A stretch of 57,209 nt of DNA, counting the filler, from Sphacelaria rigidula (Eukaryota), in the NCBI GenBank assembly GCA_964200075.2. It is 5 parts of 5 records of this genome, joined end to end, with 100 filler letters (N's around TTAATTAATTAA, not from the genome) between each part and the next. Parts side by side here need not be neighbours in the genome. Positions count along the whole stretch, not along the records: positions 45,851 to 57,209 come from CAXNAA020005024.1; 4 more parts are not named here. One strand, 5' to 3'. Position numbers and translations under genes: made by a program. Below, one piece after another: positions 47,517-57,209 of the stretch (the stretch's first letter is position 1; every line of letters begins with the position of its first letter). Below the pieces are notes generated by a model, which made no database searches, had not been told where the DNA came from, and was given only the letters and a program-made list of their open reading frames with translations.

Positions 47517-50309
47517 GAGTGTTCCACAGTTCGTAGAGTATCGGTCGTCGTAAGTCCTGGGCATTCTAGGGCACCTGGAGTATTGCCTGCCGTAAACACT
47601 GGGAAGTCCAGAGTACCTGGAGCATCGACGACACCTCGAATTACTCGTACTCGTATTTTGCCCTCTTCTGAGCACCTTTAAAATAGATATACTTATAGTA
47701 GTACAGACATGCACGCGTACACATAAGTACATATGTACATGCATGCACGCACGCATGCACCCATACAGCGCGAGTGGGCCGCACTTCCTACGAAAACAGA
47801 ACGACAGATGAGCTGTCACGTTGCTCACGCACGCTGAGATATGATGCAATGTGTGGCAGGTGCCCTACCCCATCGTGACACGATGCGCCTGACTTGATAT
47901 GTACATGTACCATTTCACATTTTTCACCACTTTTGCTGAGTTTCCCTGTTTTTGAAAAAGGCTCGGTGATGTGGAAGCCATAGCGATGTGCCATCGTTTC
48001 AGACAAGAGCCACCACTATCATGTCCAGATGACTGCAAACATCATGTGCAGCGAAAAACGACAGCAATGCAAGAACATACCCGTTAAAAAAAAAATGGCC
48101 CGGGGTGAAAAAAAAGGATCGATGAACAAGGCCCGGTGAAAGTTCGGCCGGCTTTTGAAATAAAACACAACTCTCATGTGCAGAGAAAAATCGAAGCACT
48201 GAAAGAACATATCCGCGAGCTTCCCAAGTGACAAAAGAACATGCCAAGAATGTTCCACGCACTCCAACAGCCAGCCAAAGCCACTCTTTTATCCAGAGAA
48301 GTGCAAACTCATGTGCAGCGAATAAGCGAAGCACTGAAAGAACCTACCCGCGAGCTTCCCAAGTGACAAAGAACATACCAAGAATCCTCCACGGCGGGTT
48401 CCGCGCTACAGCTCAATATCTTTTGGGGGGTTCCGTGAATTCCTACCATCTTCATCCCATCCCTCAAAAAACATTTCAAAAAACATTTGGCATGGTCCTG
48501 TGATGAGGTTATGATGTCGCGTAAATTTTGAGGGAAAAAATCGTTCGTCATGCCTGGGGGTCAATGAATACTAGTATATTCCTATGGCTAAGAATCGAAA
48601 TGCAAAATGCGGGGATGCTACCGAAAAATCCCCGGGTTTGAAAATAGCTCGGATGAAGCTGAAAATTTCAGGTGTAATACTTCCTACGATAGCCCCAAAA
48701 AGTGCCTGGTTTGGGGAGGCGAAATCTTTGCGTAAATCGAAGTGGAAAAAGCCGAGCACAACGAGCAACTGGGAATTCCCACGCTTAGGTTCGTTCTCGC
48801 CAATGTCGCCAAAATGAGGCGCTTCATGCAGCCTGAACCCAAATATCAGGCGCTGTATGTCTAATTTTTTCGTGACACTTTTGGGCTGGTTTTTTCTGAG
48901 GGAGATATTGTAGGAAGTGTCGATAGGATAATATTGAGGCAGGGATCACGAATCCGGTGTCGGATTTTTATAATTTTCATCTGGTGCAAAGTTGAAGCGA
49001 TATATGCCGCTTGTAGTTTATCGCCGCCACCGCGGCAAAAACATCCAAGAACGAATCATTTTACGAGCGCCTGTTGGCATACATATATTGATATTTACAC
49101 AAATCCCCCGACATACATGATGGAGTTTCCATCTGTGGCGCACCGTATGTTGGTCCGAATCAGCATACATGATGCGAAGGCACTCGCCGCCTCCCGCAAC
49201 AGCTGGGCCTTGCGGCCCATCCTGAGACCGACTCATTCCAGCGCACTTCCCAACGTGGATTTTTGTCTGATCAACAATCTGAGTGACTCTACCCCCCCTG
49301 GATCAGCCAAGCGGAATCGATTGGAGCAAGGTTCCGAAACAAAAAAAGTTTGGGGATGGGGCGAGAAACAAAATTCAAGGCGAAGACGAACTTTTTTTTG
49401 GAACCTTATTTTAAACATCGTTTTTGGGCGTTCACTGTAAGAGCGAACGACGAAGTCGATTTTTCATTTTATTTTTTGGCGGTAGCAGGGGACATAGAGC
49501 TTTAGCGCGGAACCCGCTCGGACGCATTCCAACTTTTCGGGAAGTGCCTCCCGCTGTCATGTCTTTGTGGCACGAGAGCTACTTCGCACTCTGGCACCTC
49601 GGGAATACCACACATGTCCAACGCCGACCAAAAAAACGTACAATAGCGTTCAACATTACCTTCAGCTCATGTCGCGTCCATACGCATATGCCACACATGT
49701 CGAAATTATTGCCGCCCAACAATTGTACAGCGTTCACATCCGTGTTACTCAAGTTGGTGAACCTTATCCGGAGGCACCATCCGATGACACATGCGATGTT
49801 TTGTACAGCCACGCTCACTTCTGTACATTGAGATACAACAGCCTCTCTTGACTACATATTTTAGACTTGGGTCACCCCCGAGAGGTCCGTACCAACCTCC
49901 CGAAGGGGAACCTTGTATACTGTGAAGATCGCCATTTGGGCATGTGCGGAGAGATTTCCTTTTATGACGTGTAACCTAGTGAACGGCTGTTACAGGGGTA
50001 AGTTGCAGGAGCCCCGAAACTTCCATACCTGTACAGCCAGATTTGGGACCCCAAGGTAACAGGGATCTTCCCAGCGAACTGCTGGCTATCCCTGGGGATC
50101 ACTCTTGACCAAGACTCTCAGACTTCGTCATCGGGCTAACTTGCTCGCGCTCGTCGAGCTTTCCCGAGTGATCCACTTTGCCTCAACCCCACGACTTACG
50201 GTCAATCTTCGACGACGTAACCCGAGGAAAATCGTTAGCCACCTTCGACGGTTTCTACCTTCACCGGGAGTCTCACGACTTCCACAGTACAGAAAATATT
50301 ACGTGGCGC

Positions 50310-50462
50310 TGAAGGGACTGCTGAGCCCCTCTCGCGAAAAAATAAAAAGGCAAGCACCGCAGAAGGAAGGTGGCGTACCAAAAATAACCAGAAAGAAAAA
50401 GCTCCTGTGTTGGCATTCCTCCTCTGTGATCCTGGCTGATGCGCCAACATATACCGAAAGTT
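50310..50462 (+). mobile_element. SINE body fragment
   Basis: GAAGGGACTGCTGAGCCCCTCTCGCGAAAAAATAAAAAGGCAAGCACCGCAGAAGGAAGG..CATATACCGAAAG. Confidence 0.7.
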
Positions 50463-53400
50463 GTTGGTCACGCAGGAGAAACAAGGCTGCTACACGGCTG
50501 CAACACACAGAGCCAAAAATCACATCCGTCCGCACTGGACTGGACTTGGAGTTAGCTCGTGTCAGAACCACGACTTACGCCGCTCAGACGTGAGACATGT
50601 CTGGAGGCACGGGAACACTTAATTGTGTGCTGCTGCACAGTACCAAACAATACAGCCAACCAACTAGAGGTGGATATGTGCTCAGTCTAAGCCGCGAATT
50701 GAGCGTAGCTGATGTCCACCTCAAGGGATTGAGGTGTTTATCCGCGCTCATACCGTGTGCCTTGCATCGATACAGCAGCTGCAATACAGGTTCCAATTTT
50801 GAAGCCGAATCTGACATTGACCCAAGACATCAATTCAGAAATTGGGATGGAAATCTTGTTTTTGCTGAAATTTCCAATGCTGATCATCTGTTTCTTTATT
50901 TGTGCTGGTCAGCAGATCTCCGTCATTTCGGTCATGAAAAGATGCCGATAAAGTTCCAAGAGTCCAACTGGTAATATCACGCCGTGCGCCGTCTCAGCGA
51001 GATTCACACCTACTCTTCGCTGGACCAGCTCGTTTTGAGAGTAAACTTACATGTGTGCAGGACCGTGATTCGCAGTAGTTTCAATTGTTGGGTTCGTGAG
51101 CAACATCCAATCCTGGTGGTTGATCACAGCCACTGGAAAGGGCTGACAAACCCTGGTGTCAATCGTTCGATACTTGTTTCGATATCATCTAATATGTCGA
51201 TTATACGCTCTTCGGGTGTGTAGAAAATGAGCCCTACAGCCGGTCTGTTTACAACATGCGAAACTGTTGTGGACGACGCACGACGTGTGCCATCAAGTCG
51301 AGATTGTGGGCTGCAATCCGAGACCGATGTGTCGATTATTGGGAATAGTCTCTCGAGGTGAGTCACCAGCTGTTGTACACTTTCACGGTTGCTTCTTCCA
51401 CCGATTCGCGAGCTGGTTCCATTATTCCCTGCGGAAAAGTTGTTACATGTCAACCAACAATCCCTCCCCTACACAACCAACATGACGCATTTGCTCAGTT
51501 CCGTCCACCTCCTCGGCTCCCCCACGGAGACCCGTTTCTGTTTCATAAATCCGGCCATATTTCCCCACACTCGTTCCTGCTCGTGCACAAAGTGCACAGC
51601 AAGTGCATATGGTGAACCATAGCTTCACCCTACACACGTGGCCCTTTGCACACGGCAAGAGCTCTCTTCAAATCAGCACATGGAAGAGAACGAAAATATA
51701 TTAAAAGCGTGAAAGCTCAGTTCACCCAAAATGTTTCGCGTGTGCAGTCATCTTACTGATGACTCCTCCCTTTGCCGTGAGCTGCAGTCACGGTAAAGAA
51801 ACGAGCACTTTTTCCGCCAGTTGAAAAATTGCGGAAAACGTATTTTTAAAGGGCTAGCGGCGAAGTTTGACCGTGCCAAAAATCAACGATCTATTCACGT
51901 TCTACGAGTTTCGGGGACATACATCTAAATCTAAGCTAAGCCGCGAGGATCCCGCAGCCCGCCGTGACCTCCAGAATGTCGGCCTATTTTGGCCTGGGGC
52001 GCAAGACCGGAGTTGCATTGTTCCCAGTCCGGTCTTCTGCGAAATTCCCAGTTGATTCTCCTGAACTGAAAGCGACGTCCGGCGTGATTTACCTCTGGCC
52101 ACATGGTTGGGCAAACGGGGGTGACGTTAACGGGGCGGAGGGGAATGCAGGACGACGTAAGCATATGGCTCTCACAGCCGATGGTTGTTGACATTTTGAC
52201 GCGCAGGTGCCTCACACGGCATGCAATTAGGGTGGGGGGGGGGGGGGGGTGCATGGCGATTCTTGGCGGGGGGGGGCCCCCCGTCGGGGAAACCAGACGG
52301 ACGGGGAGGGAGGGCCATGGTCAAAGGGNNNNNNNNNNGTGCGGGTGGTGGCGGGGGGGGGGGGTGGGTGGGGGGGTGGGTGGGGGGGGGGGGGGGGGGG
52401 GGTACATGGCGATACTTGCACGGGTGAGGCACCCCATCAGTGAAACCAGACGGACGTGGAGGACGGGCCATGGTCAAAGGGAACAGCGAATGCCACGTCG
52501 CGTTGCGCTTGATAAGCTTCGTCACCCACAAATTTCCTTCGATTACGCAGAGGGAAAAATCATGAAACAGCCCATGTTTCGAATGCATCATACAACAGGG
52601 AACAGACGCGAACCCTCGTTCACACTTCGTACTGCATTAGACTACTACCTTAACACAAGAGGTCAAGGTCCTAGCTCGTGAACAAGTGTGCAAGTCAACA
52701 GAAATTCATTAGCGAACGCTCTATCGTACCATGTCTCCCTGTACCACCGTCACCTCAAGACACTGATTGGAAAGACAATCCGGGCCGCCGACCAGGAACA
52801 GCGCGAGTACCACCACTTATGATCATGATCACATACTCAACACGGCCAGAGTGGTCGCACATTTAGACGCCACCAAGCTACAGCAGGATACGATACGAAA
52901 GACAGTACAAGCCTCGATATTGGAGGTAAGTCTCAACGCACAGTACAACGGTTCTCGTACACCTTCTCCATTTCGAGGACACCAGCGCGTAGGCGACGAT
53001 CGGCCATAAAAATGACATGTCGAAGAAACCAATCCCCCAAGAGGAATATTTGGGGCACAATACTGAAACAGCTTCCTGGCGTATTACTAGATATTTCAAG
53101 CTGACGACTGTGTCGATCAAATGACCAAACAGCTCAGCATGCTTCGGTTTCAGTGGGAAAAGGTACAGGTTGGTGATGACCCGAGACCGACTGATAATGC
53201 TAGTTAGGCTATTTGGAAACCGTTCGACAAATACCCAACCACATGTGCATTCCTCGTTCCAGTGTGGAATAACACATTTGGATTTCGATGGGATCTACAC
53301 CTCCACGCCGTCACCCGGCACGTGTAGCACAGTTACAGGTTTCGATCGGCGCTAGCAATGCAAGGCACACGTTGCCTACGGCTCTGCATCCACCCACCCT

Positions 53401-53950
53401 TGCCGGAGAGTTTTCTGTCTAGCTTTGAGGTTAGATTCGTGTGATGGTTTGACAAGGCAAAATGTATCAACCATCTATTCTTGGGTCAGACACGGATTTG
53501 GGCCGGCCTTGAGGTCGACACATGAAACAAGTGCAGTAAGCAAAGAAAAGAACGTGTTGGTTCATGGTCGCACGCAGAGCCACGGACTGCGGTTGTAACC
53601 ATCAATCGCCATGCTACTTTTCAATTCTTGCATCTCACTTCTTTGCATGGGCAATTGTCTGCCTCTGTCACATCTCAACCACGCCACACTTTCGAAGTCA
53701 CCCACATAGCAGTCACTGTGACCATCGGCCACAGAGTGGGTGTGACCCAGATGAAAAAAAGCGATGTAAACGAAAATTCCGTTTTCAGAGTCGATGGTTC
53801 TGCTGCTTCCATGTTTTGTCTGCGATAAAGATCTCGGCACGAACAATTCATCAGCAGCAACGATGCTTGGGGCGCCGACGATCCAAGTACCAAAGGCTTC
53901 AAAAATACTACATCACATTGCTGCGATAGCCTGCATGCGACAAATATTAC

Positions 53951-56176
53951 CTGGTACACAGTTCCGAGGGGCGTCCTGCACTCGCAATCCAAGTCGCAGC
54001 ACGAGCCGTCCGGATACAGTACATCCCACGTTTCGAAGAGTGGCGAACGCATTAACGACACACCAGACGAACAAAAACGGATTACAAATATCATCAGCAT
54101 GCAAGTAGGCATCGCTTGGCATGGCGGACAACTACTGTAAACATGATCTCAGCCCACTCTATTTTCAATGAAGATTGTGGAAACTTCGAGAGGATCAAAT
54201 TTTGAAACTCGCGGGGCTGAGAGGGCTCTGTTGTCAACGAGCGACGGCGGGGGGTAAAGACAAAACTTTCCAGACTGAAATATACTGTTGCCCGGGAAAG
54301 CGTTCGAATTCAATTTGTCGGCCAGAATATCGTTCAACTCCCGAGTAACTTCTGACTAACGCTGCATTCAAGCAAAGCATTGATGCCTGCTGTGTGCTAT
54401 ATATACGGTACTATGACAAGCCGGAAGACTGCTTGGCTGAGCACGGACGATGTAGAACCTATGTTGTGCGAGTGGCATTCATTATAGCGGCCGACAGAGT
54501 CTACTACTGTATAGTACATCACTAACAATTTGTTGAACTCAACAAAGGTAGGATGATGACTTCTTCCACCGGATCAGCCGCCACTCGTGGTGGTACAACA
54601 GTACACATTTGCAGGCAGCGAAGCACATACATGCAGGCAGCGAACGACAAGCGTCCAGCAGAAAGGGGATCAAGGCCCTTAGTATGCGTCACCCTCCAGA
54701 GGACGTGAGCACGCAGGAAACAGCCAACACAACCGTGCAGTTCAACATGGGTATCCTTACAACTGGTACATCAATTTCGTAGGCACAAATCGGGAGGTGG
54801 ATTTTGTCATGGAGCACCTTCGCGTTCGAAAATTAGAAGATCTGCCATCTTAGTTGGTGGGTAGGATACAGACGAGACATGAGACAACGTTTGGTTCCTC
54901 AGTTGTCATCCGAAACGGCGACAAGACAGGCAAGTTGAGAGTCTCATCACTTCGCAAACATGTGCACAACAGCTGTAGTACAGAACAGACAAAAGTATGA
55001 CGTTTTCTTGCTTTTTGCGTTGCGAACCTGTTTTTGTAGTCGAACTCAGACCCGAAGCCCTGTCCTTCCCCCGCTCCACTGAACCCGCTTGGCTTCGCCG
55101 TGTACTTGATGAAAGCGGCGTATGAACTCTTGAGGGCACCAGCGTCCCCTGACTTCGCCGCACTAAGCACAGCATCCGCCAATTTTTTAGCCTCGGCCTT
55201 CTTCGCCTTGTCGGTTGAGTACACCCCGGACACAAACAACTTGAAGGCGTTTTGCTCGGCGAGCACGGCCGCGCTGTCTCCCTTGTCTACGAGGGGCTTG
55301 AGGCTCTCAATCCGCGTACCGTAGATGCCGCGCGCGCGGGCCTGCGTGGCAGCAGAGGTGGCGCCATCTGCGAACACCGCCGAGGTTGGGATGGCAGCGG
55401 CAGCCACGACGGACGCGCCTGCTTTGAAGACTGTGCTCAACACCTCTGCTCGCGATTGAGGTTCGTCGACAGCAGACATGACCATGCCCCTGTGAGACCC
55501 AGCACAGTGACACATCACGAGGGCATCAGAGGGTGGGGTTCATGCTCAACTAATGCTCGGTCTTTGTTGGACAGGTGGCAGTGATGATGTGCTCAAGACT
55601 CAGGCGTGGGTGATGGTGAAGATGTGACATTTTCTGGGCTATGCGTTGCATGCTCCTTGGTGCGACATGTTGACCTTGTATGGTTCGAGAGCCGCTACTT
55701 GCTCCCAGTGGGGTCGCACCACCAGTACACAAAAGTCAATACAAAGACATAGCTGTCTGTAAACGAGTAAAAAAGTGCACGAGATGCCGTAGCCGAAGGA
55801 TCAAGCCCATCGCGTTCACGTGACACACTAATTAGAAACGATCACGACCGTAACCCGAAAATCATACGGCACGCCCCAGCACAGCAAATCGCGTTGACAG
55901 TCCAGCACTCCCCGACACATGTGTACATCAGTCTACCTCACAAAACAACACCCTGTACATTCGGCAAACACACATGAGACCTACACTACAGTGCAGTGAA
56001 ATAAAATGGCTCATCGAAGCGCCAAATTGAGGTGCGAACCCACTCTGTCGAGACCGAAGTCCAGCTGATTCGGAGTCAGTTCGTCACCTTGGTGATGTCG
56101 CCCTGATGTTGGCCGTGGGAGCGATGAACGCCGAGGCGCTTCCAGCAAGGGCAAGGGCTACGCACACAGTCTTCAT
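53951..56176 (-). CDS. psb31: Photosystem II extrinsic protein Psb31 precursor
   Basis: Exon 56176-56088 (MKTVCVALALAGSASAFIAP.., signal peptide plus ASAFAP motif); exon 55489-55028 (thylakoid transfer domain ending VFA|DGATSAAT..ARGIYG..NAFKLF.SG.Y..GQGFGSEFDYKNR); 25-nt exon 53975-53951 (RTPLGTVYQ). Candidate terminal micro-exon AGG TAA at 52094-52089. Matches the diatom Psb31 pattern as I recall it. Confidence 0.88.
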
Positions 56177-56674
56177 GTTGATAAAATAGAGTTGACTTGA
56201 TAAGTTTCACGGCTCGTGTCGTTGGAAGTGTCTACGCTGTGAAGAGGTGTACACGCAGGCCGTTTGTTCGTTTTTGTCGCACTTGAGGGAGAATCATGCG
56301 CATGATCTCCAAAAACGTAAATGTTTCCTAAAATATAGCTTTTGACGAAATGTTACGTTTGTCCGACCTCACGACCTACGGGTACTCCAGTTTTCGACTG
56401 ATATCGATGTGGAGACTAAATTTATCCATACATGGATGCTACGTGGATACTTGTGGAAGGACGAACCTGACACGCATTTGAGAAAAGTCTATTTCGGTTT
56501 TGCCAGACCCATGTAATAAGGAAGGAGTACCTGACCTGACTTCCAGCTGAGCTGAATCACACATTGCCTCTCACCTCGTCGTGTAGGTGTACGGTCGTGA
56601 ATTGTCGTGGTCGCTCGATTCCTCTTTCAATCAATTATTCCCATCATCAATTATTCACATCCGTTCATTCTGAA

Positions 56675-57045
56675 CGGGACACCCCGGTTGCTCAGTTGCC
56701 CTCAAAAACTTCTGACGATTGGATCGTGGTTCGAATCGGTGAAGTGATACGATCTACGACTTTTTTCTCGCATAATGCCCAACAGCGGAGAGCGACTATG
56801 CCGTGGGTACAAAAAATTCGACGTTATGGTCGACAAGGGAAAGGGCCAGCTGAATCCTTTTCTCGCGATGAAAAATAATGATGTCGAGGCCAGCACGGCA
56901 ACAGGAAGGTCGGGTGCGAAAACAAGATGAAAAAAGGGAAAACTGCCGTGTTGACATTCCTCCTGTGTGACCCTGGCTAATGCGCTCACATATACCGAGT
57001 GAATGGTAGTGTAGACTGGTATCCAGAATAATAGATGCGATGGGA
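56675..57045 (+). mobile_element. tRNA-derived SINE, full-length diverged copy
   Basis: CACCCCGGTTGCTCAGTTG..GGTTCGAATC head, then the GTCGACAAGGGAAAGGG..CCTCCTGTGTGACCC..CACATATACCGA body. Confidence 0.75.
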
Positions 57046-57209
57046 TGCTAAAGGGGTCTGTCAAAAAAATATTTCGGGACACGTAGGCGCCAAGATCAAA
57101 AATTATTCAAGTTTTTTATGGGGGGGGGGGGGGGGGGGGGGGGGGGAGGGGGGGGGGGGACCCCCAGCGCGGTGCCCCCTGGTTTCGAGCCCGGGCGGCC
57201 GCGGACGCG

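Noticed and set aside
52221..52480. Tandem duplication with long G-runs and Gly/Pro-rich ORFs
   Set aside because: The first copy looks like a G-biased, error-rich read of the second, separated by Ns. Likely an assembly artefact at a poly-G tract.
52850..52926. Isolated plus-strand exon-like segment ending in GTAAGT
   Set aside because: No recognisable homology and no partner exons.
54357..54362. Alternative psb31 terminal exon (TGCAG|CGT TAG)
   Set aside because: It lies upstream of the RTPLGTVYQ exon and is out of phase with exon 2.
2880..56176. Plastid-function gene cluster (DXR plus psb31)
   Set aside because: The two genes are separated by four artificial joins and unrelated genes, so linkage cannot be inferred.

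Overview
This is intron-rich eukaryotic nuclear DNA from a photosynthetic stramenopile, most likely a brown alga. The evidence is a nucleus-encoded Psb31 with an ASAF(I)AP bipartite plastid presequence, GT-AG introns of up to several kb, and introns packed with MITEs and SINEs. The window is five contigs joined by an artificial 100-nt spacer (44 N + TTAATTAATTAA + 44 N), so several genes are truncated and adjacency across spacers is unreliable. Genes reconstructed by hand: the 3' seven exons of DXR (MEP pathway, +), the first four exons of a UBE2G1/UBC7-type E2 enzyme (+), an atypical ARF/ARL-like GTPase with a degenerate G3 motif (-), a probable NYN/LabA-DUF88 (PIN-like) protein (+, partial), a very large Pro/Thr/Glu-rich mucin/AGP-like gene made of phase-0 repeat exons (-, both ends missing), and psb31 (-). 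Non-coding DNA holds a hAT-type MITE family (5 copies), a Tc1/mariner-type long-TIR element (2 copies), other MITE/foldback elements, a tRNA-derived SINE family, a TIR-bounded 41-bp double-hairpin minisatellite and possible transposon protein relics. I found no convincing wholly new system. The best leads are the atypical ARF-like protein, the modular mucin-like gene, the hairpin minisatellite element and the NYN-like protein. All homology calls come from motif recognition by eye, not from database searches.
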